The notes: generated by a model from the sequence alone, not told the origin. A DNA stretch of 64,000 bases from Geosiphon pyriformis uo1 (GCA_016748015.1 JAAOMT010000561.1:256026-320025); one strand, 5' to 3'. Positions 12,026 to 24,773 are shown, numbered from the stretch's first letter. Numbers and translations: made by a program.

Positions 12026-13785
12026 GTCTATCAGGTGTTCAACGAAAGTTTCTTCTTAACAATAGAAAAGGAATGTTTCTAACAAACCCCTTGCGGCACA
12101 CCAGATAATTGAAGGTCTATCAGGTGTTCAACAAAGTTGGCCGTGTTCTTAACGATAGAAGAGGAATGTTTTTAACAAACCCCTTGCGGCACGCCAGATG
12201 ATTGAAATCTATCGGGTGATCAGCGAAAGTTGGCCGTGGTCTTCTTATCGATTGAAGAGGAATGTTTACAACAAACCCCTTGCGGCACACCAGAAGATCG
12301 AAGATCTATCGGGTGATCAGCGAAAGTTGGCCGTGGTCTTCTTAACGATAGAAGAGGAATGTTTCTAACAAACCCCTTGCGGCACGCCAGATGATTGAAA
12401 TCTATCGGGTGATCAGCGAAAGTTGGCCGTGGTCTTCTTATCGATTGAAGAGGAATGTTTCTAACAAACCCCTTGCGGCACACCAGAAGATCGAAGATCT
12501 ATCGGGTGATCAGCGAAAGTTGGCCGCGGTCTTCTTAACGATAGAAGAGGAATGTTTTTAACAAACCCCTTGCGGCACGCCAGATGATTGAAATCTATCG
12601 GGTGATCAGCGAAAGTTGACCGTAGTCTTCTTATCGATTGAAGAGGAATGTTTCTAACAAACCCCTTGCGGCACACCAGAAGATCGAAGATCTATCGGGT
12701 GATCAGCGAAAGTTGGCCGTGGTCTTCTTAGCGATAGAAGAGGAATGTTTCTAACAAACCCCTTGCGGCACGCCAGATGATTGAAATCTATCGGGTGATC
12801 AGCGAAAGTTGACCGTAGTCTTCTTATCGATTGAAGAGGAATGTTTCTAACAAACCCCTTGCGGCACACCAGAAGATCGAAGATCTATCGGGTGATCAGC
12901 GAAAGTTGGCCGTGGTCTTCTTAGCGATAGAAGAGGAATGTTTCTAACAAACCCCTTGCGGCACGCCAGATGATTGAAATCTATCGGGTGATCAGCGAAA
13001 GTTGGCCGTGGTCTTCTTATCGATTGAAGAGGAATGTTTACAACAAACCCCTTGCGGCACACCAGAAGNNNNNNNNNNNNNNNNNNNNNNNNNNNNNNNN
13101 NNNNNNNNNNNNNNNNNNNNNNNNNNNNNNNNNNNNNNNNNNNNNNNNNNNNNNNNNNNNNNNNNNNNNNNNNNNNNNNNNNNNNNNNNNNNNNNNNNNN
13201 NNNNNNNNNNNNNNNNNNNNNNNNNNNNNNNNNNNNNNNNNNNNNNNNNNNNNNNNNNNNNNAACAAACCCCTTGCGGCACACCAGAAGATCGAAGATCT
13301 ATCGGGTGATCAGCGAAAGTTGGCCGTGGTCTTCTTAACGATAGAAGAGGAATGTTTCTAACAAACCCCTTGCGGCACGCCAGATGATTGAAATCTATCG
13401 GGTGATCAGCGAAAGTTGGCCGTGGTCTTCTTATCGATTGAAGAGGAATGTTTACAACAAACCCCTTGCGGCACACCAGAAGATCGAAGATCTATCGGGT
13501 GATCAGCGAAAGTTGGCCGTGGTCTTCTTAACGATAGAAGAGGAATGTTTCTAACAAACCCCTTGCGGCACACCAGATAATTGAAGGTCTATCAGGTGAT
13601 CAACGAAGTTGGCCGTGGTCTTCTTATCGATTGAAGAGGAATGTTTACAACAAACCCCTTGCGGCACACAGAAGATCGAAGATCTATCGGGTGTTCAACG
13701 AAGTTGGCCGTGGTCTTCTTAACGATAGAAGAGGAATGTTTCCAACAAATCTCTTACGGCACACCAGATGATTGAAGGACTATCC
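12024..13785. repeat. GC-rich satellite array, 96/97-bp monomers arranged as 193-bp A/B dimers (~18 units including the gap)
   Basis: Unit TCTATCGGGTGATCAGCGAAAGTTGGCCGTGGTCTTCTTA(ACGATA/TCGATT)GAAGAGGAATGTTT..ACAAACCCCTTGCGGCAC(GCCAGATGATTGAAA/ACCAGAAGATCGAAGA). Repeated ORF starts at 12483, 12676 and 12869 confirm the 193-bp period. Confidence 0.97.
13069..13262. other. assembly gap (194 N) inside the satellite
   Basis: N run; the true array length is unknown. Confidence 0.99.
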
Positions 13786-14231
13786 CGTGCACATTTTTCT
13801 TCTTGATTAATCGCAAATACAAACTTGATCATGTGACAATACTCATATATACATGCTTTTTATAGACAACTTATTTACAGCAAAAGGCCTTTGTCCTCCC
13901 TTCCTGCCCTTACTCTCTCTCTCTCTTTGTTCTTATGTATCTTTTTCAAGGTGAGTTTCGCTGGAAAGTCGGCCGTGGTCTTTTTAACGATGGAAGAGGA
14001 ATGTTTCTAACAAACCTCTTGCGGCACACCAGATGATTGAAGGTCTATCAGGTGTTCAACGAAGTTGGCCGTGGTCTTCTTAACGATAGAAGAGGAATGT
14101 TTCCAACAAACCCCTTACGGCACACCAGATTATTAAATGTCTATCGCGTGCACATTTTTCTTCTTGATTAATCGCAAATACAAACTTGATCATGTGACAA
14201 TACTCATATATTCATGTTTTTTATAGATGAC
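13786..14231 (+). repeat. leader copy 2 + ~2 satellite monomers + partial leader copy 3
   Basis: Leader 13786-13967, monomers 13968-14145, truncated leader 14146-14231. Confidence 0.92.
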
Positions 14232-14474
14232 AAAATTCGTTGAAACCTTGAAAGCATTTAAAGTAATTTTGAAAAGTTTTTAGCCCTTCTTTATTTCTGT
14301 AATGTTTTATTATGTACAATATTTAAAGAATTATATAATAAAACTTGTAATTAGATAATAACTAATAATAAAGCTCTAAATAAAATTTTAATTTAACTAA
14401 TAAATAAATTTTTGTAAATTTAAATTCGTTTTATAAGAGACATATGTCGTTTGTATATTGTAATGATAAAATTA

Positions 14475-15077
14475 GCTTGAGATTGTGTTAAAAGCTAGCC
14501 ACCTTACAAACCCAAAGCTGTAAAATAGTTTCATACGTTGATCTTTAATGGTATTTCATAGGCCGGAATAATTTTTTTCGTCCAGAAAACTGTCAAACTT
14601 TTAATGTTGGGTGGTTTAGATGAAATGTTCTGTTGTCTGAAAATACAACTCAATTCCAGTCAAAACCTTTATGATTTTTAGCCCACCGCAAGCAATTTTT
14701 TTATGTTTGTCAGTGAGTAAAGGTTTGGAAAGCTTAGCTATATTTAGCTTTACCTTCACATTAACGTTGTTGAATAGGGTCTATACTAATGTTAAACTTT
14801 CGTTTTTCATTTCCCGTTGTATATCAGTGGTGGTTAGATGAATTTTTTTTTACAAGTTATACAATGTTTAAGGGCCATGATTCGATTTCGACCAGCTTTT
14901 GGTTGATCACTTAGGTCTTTTGTTTCCCCCACCTTTTTACCCAATGAAGTGCTGTAGACTTACAGCAATGGATATACTTTGCTGCGGCTATTAATCCAAA
15001 TTTCGGGGCCTTTGGGATGTTTATTTGAAAAAACGATTTTCTATCCCTTGTGTATTGGAAGAGAAATTTTGCGTCAT
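14475..15077 (-). mobile_element. Tc1/mariner transposase pseudogene (HTH region to first catalytic motif)
   Basis: Frameshifted minus-strand translation: IVFSNKHPKGP..AAKYIHCCKSTALHWVKR..ETKDLSDQPKAGRNR, SKPLLTDKH (14729-14704), LRWAKNHKGFDWN*VVFSD, then LKINV*NYF..LG, equivalent to the Tc1 'K.NVWGCF..GFG' motif. Confidence 0.82.
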
Positions 15078-16499
15078 AGAACTTGATGATTATAAAATAC
15101 CTGATATTAATCTATAAAAGGTATGAATGATCAGCAAAGATGTCATTTTTCATCTTGGAAAATCTTAGCTCCAAATTTGTTCTACAAAGAATCGGATACT
15201 TTTGGTTACCTGACATCAATATTATAATCCGGTTATCCTGAAGCAATAAAAAGGTCAATTGTTCTTTAAACAAATTTCATATATTGGTGTCAAAGTAAAA
15301 CATGTTGCATGACAATATATCTTTTTGTTTTGAAAATTTTGGATCCATTTGTCAGCTAGAAATATGTAAATTTGAGAATTTTATCTTTGAGATGTGATAT
15401 AAAAATAAGGTAAAAAGCTATCCAGGAATTCAACCATATATAAAAAAGGGAAGGAAATTTTATCATGATAAAATTTTCAACGCCCACTTTAGAGGTTGTA
15501 AAAAAAAGCAGCATTAAATCGATTTCCGAACAATAAAAAATTATTAGATAATAAATTTAACATATTGTAATTAATAAGATTAATATTCTATTTCAAAATT
15601 TTGGTGGTAAATTCTAAATAAGTTCATGAGAAAAAACAAGGATAATAGACAAATACTGAGATTATTAACCTTAAATAATAAAAGATACTTTCCAATTCAT
15701 TCCACAAAATTCTACTTAATCAAGTCGGATTTAAAAATAAAATTTATAACTTTGGGATCTTGGCTGAGATTGCATATCTTGGCTACAATCTGGATTTAAA
15801 TAATATGAACTATTTAAAAAAGTTTGACAATAAAATTAATGCAAAAAATATTTTATTAACTTGAGAGGGCTCTTGGATAAAGCATAATTAAGCCAAAGAC
15901 AGACAATTTTTGTTTTATTTTCTTTTCAAGAAATTAAAAAGATCTCTTCATTACTTGTTGATCAAGAATGGTTTGAAGATATTAAGCAAATAATAAATTT
16001 TATTCTGGAAATAATTTTTCACTATATTAAAGACCACCACCAAAATTCGAATTGAATGGATTTATATTTGTTGTTAGCTATTGTAGAAAGTACACTTAAT
16101 TTTCCAAATTTAAATTGATAATCTATTTTTTATCAAACTCTTTAGCTTTTAAAATTATTCATTTCTCTTTTATTCTATACAGTATATGATACTGTAAGAA
16201 ACCAACAGTAAATTATCATTGGTGCAATATATAACATGGCTAATAATCTTTAGAGCACCAAAAGTTAGAAATTCAGTATTCACCCAATTACTTAAATAAA
16301 ATTAAAATTACCAACTACTATTTTATACCATATATCTAATTTTTCTCTTAAAATTACAGAAGAGCATTTAATAGAATAGAAATTTAAATAAAGTCTGAAA
16401 CTAATTGTGAATATAAATAAGAAAAATTTAATATTTATAAATGTAAAAAAGACAAATTTAACGTTTATAGATGTCAAGATTATTGTGTTTTGCCAAGAG

Positions 16500-19400
16500 T
16501 TTTATAAATTCAAAAAACCTTTTAAGATATTTTAATTCATAAATTTTTTTATTTTTTATGGTTTAGATCTAAAATTTTAATTTAATAGTGAACCGCTTTT
16601 TGTATTAAAATACAAAATTACGAAAAATTTCATCTTTTATATTCAAAAATCATTTCTTGTTGATTAAATCAAAATTTTTAGTTTAAAAAAAGAATACCAA
16701 AAGCTATATTAACACACATATTCCTGTTAAAATAATTTTTAATTTTTTATTATTATCTCTTTTATTAACTAGATTTTCTATTTATAAATTGAGCTGGTTA
16801 TAATAACTAAAAACAAAGATAAATAAAAGTTTGAAATATTTTTAATTGTTATTCAAAAATATTATTTTAATATGAATAAAAATAACAGTTTGAGATGTCA
16901 ATATAACCAGTTAATCAATATTTGAAAAAAAATAGTATAATTAAAAGGTTTTTTTATAGAAATCTTTATATATACTATTTTAATTATTGGCTTAATTGTA
17001 GAAATATATGTTAACTAATTGTGAAATTTCATATTAAACTTTTTTTTATTGACATTTGTAATCTATTTTTTATATTTTAGTAAAATAATTATTCAAGTTT
17101 TACTAAAAATAAAAAACTGTATTTAAATATTATATATTAGTTTTTTATAATAATATATATATATTTGCTTTTTAATTCTATTCATTACAATAATATATTC
17201 AATAAGTTTATTTAAAAATAATGTTTTGAAGTTTTTTTTAAGTTCTTTTTGTTAATAAAAAAAACTAGAAAATAAAAACTAGTTTTATTAAAATTTATTT
17301 TGTTATTTTTTGAGAAAAAAATAGTTTTATTGTATAAAAAATTTCAAAAAAAATATCTTATTAATTTTTTATTATTGTTTAATATTAAAAATTTTTAAAA
17401 TTATTAATAAACTATTATTATTTAAAAATACTTGAATTAATTATAATATTTTATATTGATCATCTAAAAATTTTCAGTTAAAATGACCTTAATAATAAAT
17501 AGTAAATAACAAAAATTTATTAAAATTGATAATAAATAAACTGTTTGAAATTAAATTAATTTTTTTTAATAATTTTATTATATATTAATAAAATTTTATT
17601 TCTATATAAATTAAGTAAATATAAAAAAATTATTAATAAATATGATAAGCTTTCATATACAAAAATATTGAGAATCTTAAAAAAAAAATTCTAATAACTT
17701 TTTTAGTATTACAAAAATAATATCTGTTACTTAATAGTCAATTATTATAAATATCTTTATTAATTATGCTAAATTATATCTTTTTATCTCTTTTTTTATT
17801 AAACTACTTTTTTTTTACTGTTCTTTATTTTTATAAAACATAAATAAAAAACTATCAATTATTAATTTTTTATTATCTAATTTTAAAATTTAATTTTAGT
17901 TATTTGGCAATTAATTTTTTATTCTGTATTTATTATTTATTTGTTTATTATTATTAAGTTGTTAATAATATTGGTAATTTGAATTTGGTGCTTTTTAAAT
18001 TTGTAAATTATTATTTGTATTGATTATAAATATTTATATTAATAAGTTAATAGATTTAAGTAATTTTGTTTTGATTATAAATGTTTATGTTTATTAATTA
18101 ATAAATATTGGTAATTTTATACTAATTATAAATATTTATATTCGTGAATTAATATTTTGTTATTAAATAAACAAAAAACAAGAATAAATTATATTAGACA
18201 TAGCAATATTATTATTTTTTTGATATAATTATCTATATATAAAATAAAATTTGCTTAAAAAACTTATTAATAATTACATATTTGTAATTTATATAAATAC
18301 AAAAATATAAAAATAAATTAATTAAACTTTTTTAGTATAATTAATTTAAAAATAATCTTTCAAGTTTTTAATATATAGTCTTTAAATATGTTTTTAATAT
18401 AAATTGTAAACAAAATATTATTTTTATTATTATGTGTTAGGTGGCGTTTGGGCCTCATTCGTAAATAATAATAAAAATTATTAATTAAGAAATCTTTTTG
18501 ATAATTAAAATACTTATGTAGATTTTTATAACTCATTTATCCTAAAATAGCTAAATATATTTAATATAAGAAATAAAATTCATATTTTTTAAATCATAAA
18601 ACAAATAAAAAAGCAAAATAAATACTTATAATAAAATTAGTTATTAAAAACATAGATATTTATATCTTATAACAGAAAAAACCAATACATTAAACAAAAT
18701 AATTTAGATAATTACAGCATAAAAGAAAATAATATTCATATTTTATAGCTAAAAAAAATTAAAAAATACAATAAAAAACTTTTTTAAATATTAAAAAGTT
18801 TTATATTAAATATAATAATAATAAACAATATTACTTTAGTATAATAAATGTTTTCTTTTTACTTTTTTTAATTATAAAGTTTAATTTAATATTTGAAACT
18901 ATTAATTTTTTGGCATTATATTGATATTTTTTTTTGTAGTTTTAATATTAATAAAAACAACTTTTTATTGTATTATAAAAATATCAGTTTTTTAAAAAAT
19001 TTTTTATTAATATAAAAATAATTCTTATAGTTTTTAGGTTTATTATGCTGATATGTATAATTAAATTATAATAAATTGTATAAAAAATTAAAATTTTTTC
19101 TAATTAAGTTATTTTTTTTTTGAATTAATGTATTAAAATAAATGGTTAAAGAGTATATCATTTTTCTATAATCAGTTTTTGATCTTTAACAAATTTAGAG
19201 TTACAGAAACAGAAAATTATTTTTTTAAAAAAATTTAATAATAATAACAAATTATAAAAGGGAAACATCTTAAAAAAAATTAAATAAATCTGTTAAATAA
19301 TATGTATTGCTAAAATTTATATTTTATATGTATATTATTTAAAATTTAAATTTATATTATTAAACATTAACAATTTTTTTAATGAAAAATTTTATATTTT

Positions 19401-21050
19401 AATTTCAGTATAAAACTTTTCTATTTATGATGCAAAGAATAGGTTGATTAAATATTCAAAATTCTTATTAGTAAATTTTTATAACTAGTATTTTTAATAT
19501 CAATTCAATTTAAAACAAATAATTATTAAAAATTTTATTTGCAGATTTTACTATACATTGAAATTTTTTTTTAAAGTATAATTTTAGTTTTAAAATTACT
19601 TTGGCATTGATGTTATATAATTTTGACTGATAAAATATTTATTTTTATTAAAAAAATAATTTTTGAATTATAAAAAAATACTTAGCAAGTTTTCTTGTTT
19701 CTAGTTTTGGTGTTATTATCACATGCTTTTAATTCATATATTATAGTTATAAAATAAAAAATTAATATATAATATAAATTAAATTATATCATAAATAATC
19801 TCTATACCATGTAAAGCTTATTAATTTTATATTTGAAGATTTTAAAAATTTTTTTAATGAATTTGACCTTATTTTTTTGAAATTTTAATTTTTGAAAAAA
19901 CTTTTAAATTTTAAATTTTATCTGAAAAATTTATTAATTATAAGCTTAATAATTGTATTTTAATCCATAAATATTAATTTATAAAAATATGTATCAGATT
20001 ATTTTTTTATAATTTGATTTTATAAATATGTCCATAATACAAAATAGTAAATATAAAAGAATAGCAAATATAAAGTTATTTAATTTAAAATTAATTAATA
20101 TGATTATTCACAATAAAAAATAAAATATAAAGCTGAGTTTCATTGCTATTGTTACTTAATTTATGACACTTATTAATTTTTAATCTAGCAACAACAAAAA
20201 ATAATATTTTTGTTATAAGTTGAAAACAAGTTAAAAAAATAAATAAAATAAGGAACTTAAAAACTTAAAAAAAAAGCAAACTAAATATATAAGTAATTCA
20301 ATTAAAAAAGCAATTGTTATATATTAATTTATCAAAAAAAAATTGAATTAATTATTAATTTGTTAACTAATTGTTAATATATATATGAATATTACTTTTT
20401 TTCACTTTCCAATTAACTCACAAGTCTTTCTTTGAATAATTTGTTTTTTATTTTTATTTGTTAGAATTAGTTTAAAAAGAAAAAAACTTGTTGCATTGAA
20501 TTTTAAAATTGTTTATTGAGATATAAAGTTATTATTTTATTGATAATTACAAACTATTTTTATTTTTTTTATTTTTTTGAAATTAATATTTCAAAATTGT
20601 TTTTTTAATTAAATTACCTACAAATTCAATTTGCTTTTTATTTTAAGCGAATTCCAAATTAATTTTATTAATTTTTATTAATTTGTTACATTAACTCATA
20701 AAATTATAATTTATAAAAGCAAAACCTTTATTTTTTAAGCTAAATTTAATAATAATATTAAAATTTATGATAATTAATTTTACACAAAGATTTTATAAAT
20801 TTAATTTGAATATTATAAAATAGTATTAGGGTTTATAAAGTCTTATTTATATATTTAATAAAAAGAACTAAGGACCAATTAAGTGACAGAGTCAATATTT
20901 TATTCAACAAAAAATTCATTGATTAAATCAAAAATTTGGTTAAAAATATATAAAATATAAATGGCTAATACATAATTAAATATAATTAAGATAATTAAGT
21001 ATGGATGTCAACTAACAACATATTGAAAACAAAATCATCAAATTGGCTTT
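16500..21050. other. extremely AT-rich block (decayed repeat/TE), includes a ~51-bp x3 degenerate tandem at ~18015-18145
   Basis: Near absence of G/C. TGATTATAAATATTTATATT-like motif at 18021, 18072 and 18123. Confidence 0.5.
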
Positions 21051-21194
21051 AAAAAGTTAAAAAATATGACGAATGAATATATAGTGTGACAAAAAAAATC
21101 AACTTTGCAAATAGATCACAGTTTCACACGGAATCTTATAATTAATATATTGTTAGGAAGGCTAAAAGCCACTGATTTTATTACTATAAAATTT

Positions 21195-22020
21195 AACGTG
21201 CATTTCGTTCGCCTTTACTCTTGATAATCAATTCATAACGCCGCAACATTGAATTTACTAAACTGTATAGCATGGTTTTCGCATCCATATTTTGTGGCAT
21301 TCACGTTTAGCGATTGCCCACAGATTTTCAATAAAATTTAGATCCAAACTACTGGACAGCCAGTCAATAACTTGAAGTATATTTTCTGCAAGAAACACCT
21401 TAGCTACTCGACCTGTATGCTTAGAATCATTATCTTATTGAATGCACCCCTTCTTCCCAAGTATTCTATTAACTTTTCTGATATTTTGTTGCAAAATTGC
21501 AATATAAAACTTAGCACGCATAATATGCCAAACAAGTAAACTGCTGTTTTTCTTCATACTATACAAATATTTTGTAGGATCTTTTCATCTTGGCCAAATT
21601 GGCTGTTTTCCCTTGTACCAATGTTGATTTCTGTTTGGGAACAGTTGAAATGCTGCTTTATCAGAAACTAAGGGTTTTCCAGTTACCATTAAGATAAAAT
21701 TTTCCCCATTCAACACATTCTTGCCTTTGAATTTGCCCGAGCATTTGCGTAGTGATTCGTAAGTTTTTCATATATCCAACTAATTTTTAAATGTCTCTCA
21801 ATTGTGTGATTGGAAAGATAAGAATTTTATCAACATGTTGACCCTACTTTTCTCAATATATGTTCATAATTTCTCTACGATGACTATAACCGCCTTTGTG
21901 CTCAATCCTTTTTATTTTCTCCAACCTTTTGACATTCTATAGTAAGTAGTTTAGTGATTTTAGTTTGGAGATCAGCTTTTGCTTGCTACATTCTTTGACT
22001 GACAGATTCATTTCTAATGG
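21195..22020 (-). mobile_element. Tc1-family DD34E transposase pseudogene
   Basis: Minus strand: SDKAAFQLFPNRNQHWYKGKQP; Q*DNDSKHTGRVAKVFLAENILQVIDWLSSSLDLNFIENLWAIAKRE (21440-21300; 34 residues between D and E); MLRRYELIIKSKGER. Confidence 0.9.
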
Positions 22021-23274
22021 CAATCTTATTGAATAAAAAAAAAAAAAGTTATATATGTAGTAACTTTAAGTTTTTTTCTCACAGATTATATAACTTAGAA
22101 GAGCTATTAAACAGATTTTTAATTGGTTCTTGATCAAATATATATTTTTAAAACTTCATTTTATTTAAACATTCGAAATAAAAAGAAGCAGTTTAAAAAT
22201 ATCATTGCAAAAACATACAAAAAAACAAGAAATGAAATAATGAAAAAAATGGATTCAAAAAAATCCTAATGAATAATAGACATGAATATTGAAACTGAAA
22301 ACATAAAGAATAACATCTAATATTGAATTTTAATAATGCCAATTCAGGCATAATGCTATATCAGCTGTACTTCAGCTTATTATTTTACATAAATTCTTAT
22401 TCAATATTTGATTTGAAAATTAATAGGCAATATAAATTAGAATTTTAAAATAAATATTTATATATTATTTCACATTGTTTTTTTACATTAGAAATTTTAA
22501 TTTTAATATTATAAAAATTTAAAGTAGTCATCACGAATATTTAAATTCACAATTTTTAATTACATATAAAAAAAATTTATTAATTCACAATTTAATAATT
22601 ATTGTATGAAATTTAAAAAAATATTTTTTATTTATAGTAATTAAAAATATTATACAAATCATGAATAATAAATTATTAAGCATGATATATTTACATCAAA
22701 ATCTATATAATGTGTAAGTTATAAGAAGACATATAAAGCTGTAAGTTATTAAATGAACCATAAATACGAACATTCTTTTTGCGCCTATACAAAAGCTTTT
22801 TTAACATTTTACGTTATGCTAAATTTAATGAATTTAATGAATTTATTTTGTTTATTCACATCGAAATTTCTTTAGTTAAATTTTATTTGTGCATAGTATT
22901 TAGCACAGCTTTTATAATCTTATTTTCAAAGAAATGTAGGTGATTTCTGGTGGATTTTGATTTGAATAAAGAAAACTTCTAAAAAATACTAATATGTTGT
23001 TGTATGATAAGTGTTTTTGGAATATTATCCTTGTTCCTCAAAAATGCAATTTAGCTTACAGTGGGAATCTCTTGAAACTTCGAAATAAAATTAGTTTTAA
23101 TGGACTTATGGTTTATAAATGTTTTTTGTTAAAGAACTTTAAACGATATTAAATGATAAGGGAATTATTACCTTTTTAAAAAATTTCCTGCAGCAGGTTG
23201 TAACCAATGCATATTAATATTAATATAAAATTAAAATACCATTCTTTTTAAAATCAACTTTTAATATCTTATCA

Positions 23275-24773
23275 ATGGCACCCCAACAACTATTTCACCC
23301 TTTATCTCACGATTTCGAGAGCTTATTGAATAGTCAGAATTTTTCTGATGTTAGAATTATTGTTGGCGAAGCGTCTAATACTAGAACTTTTCATGTTCAT
23401 TCTCAAATTTTAGCGGCAAGATCCTCGTATTTTGCTATAGCACTCTCTGGTGATTGGGTTAAAGAGAAAATAACACTATCGTCTTTTCTAAACCTAATAT
23501 ATCGCCAGATATTTTTGAGCTGATTCTTCGGTGAGTAATTTTGTTTGCTTAATAATTCTATTCATGACTATTTAATTTATTTTATTTTATCTAGATACAT
23601 TTATAGTGGTGAAATATCTCTTAATGAACACGGACCACTTACAATCTTAGAATTGTTTATTGCCGCTGACGAGCTTATTCTAGAAAAACTTATTGATCAC
23701 CTTGAAGATTATTTAATTGAACACCATGTAAAAGAGTTGGAAGAAAATTTTGCCACCTTTCATGAAACATCCTTCATCCATCATTCGTTCAAAAAGCTAC
23801 AAAAGTTCTGCATCGAAATAGCTGTCAACAATTCATCCGCAGTCTTTAACTCTCAAAATTTTACTTCCCTTAATAGAAATGTCCTTTGCTCAATTTTATC
23901 CTGGGATGACCGAAACATGGAAGAAAGTGAAATATGGGAAAAGATTATAGAATGGGGAGTCGCTAAATTAAGCAATGGGATTCAATTGAAAAAATTTCTT
24001 AATTGGACAGATGAAAACTTTGAAGCTTTTAAGGAATCTATTGAAGAACTTCTACCTTTAATCCGGTTCTTTAACATCTCTTCAGTTGACTTTTATTATA
24101 AAGTAAAGCTATTTGCGAGAATTTTACCTGGAACCTTATATGAAGATCTTTTACACCATTATCTAGTAACAGGGAGTCATCAAAAATCTGTTGACGCTCA
24201 TCCATTACGGTTTTCATGATCAAATTTTGATTCAAAGCTTCTCCAATCGCATAATATAAAGCAGCTTGATCATTGGATTCAAGGCAAAGACGAAAATACT
24301 CCTTTGGAAGATCAACTTGAAAATGAATTTAAATTACTACTTCGAGGCAGTCGAGACGGATTCTCACCAAATGATTTTCATCGGTTATGTGATAACAACG
24401 GAGCAAAAATTACTGTAATCAAAGTCAAAGGAACTGGTCAATTGATTGGCGGCTATGCCCCAAAATCTTGGCATTCTCGTGGCAATTGGATAGGTGGAGA
24501 GGAAAGTTTTATTTTTTCCTTTTGAGATGGCAAAGCTCAAAATGCTAAACTTAGCAAGCTTATTAGTGGACTTGGACTTTTTGGTTATAAAGAGTTCGGA
24601 CTCCAATTTGGCAGTTATAGTATTCGAACCTATAGTAATAATTTTCAATCTATTCCATGCAGTTGTATAAAGGAAACAAATTATGAGCACGTTATAATGC
24701 CAGGGTCAGAAAATACAGCGGTAGAATATTTTTTTTGATGAGTATGAAAGTTTTTCAAATTATCAAAAATTAA
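23275..24773 (+). pseudogene. BTB-BACK-TLDc paralogue, copy 3 (frameshifts and premature stop)
   Basis: 1-nt deletion at ~23461, intron 23531-23594, TGA at 24217-24219, and further frameshifts at ~24520 and ~24730-24750. Confidence 0.88.

Noticed and set aside
11258-13476. ORFs over the CT-rich repeat and satellite (e.g. MCRKGFVRNIP...)
   Set aside because: Products of repeat periodicity and N runs; no domain signal.
12024-14145. CRISPR array or hammerhead/HDV ribozyme in the leader + repeat block
   Set aside because: Units are contiguous with no unique spacers and no cas genes. CAGATGA/CAGAAGA and CGAAA only resemble the hammerhead core (CUGANGA required), and stem II does not close; no HDV pseudoknot could be built.
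18433-18464. Short GC island (GTTAGGTGGCGTTTGGGCCTCATTCG) in the AT block as a primer-binding site
   Set aside because: No adjacent LTR end or matching tRNA 3' end could be identified.
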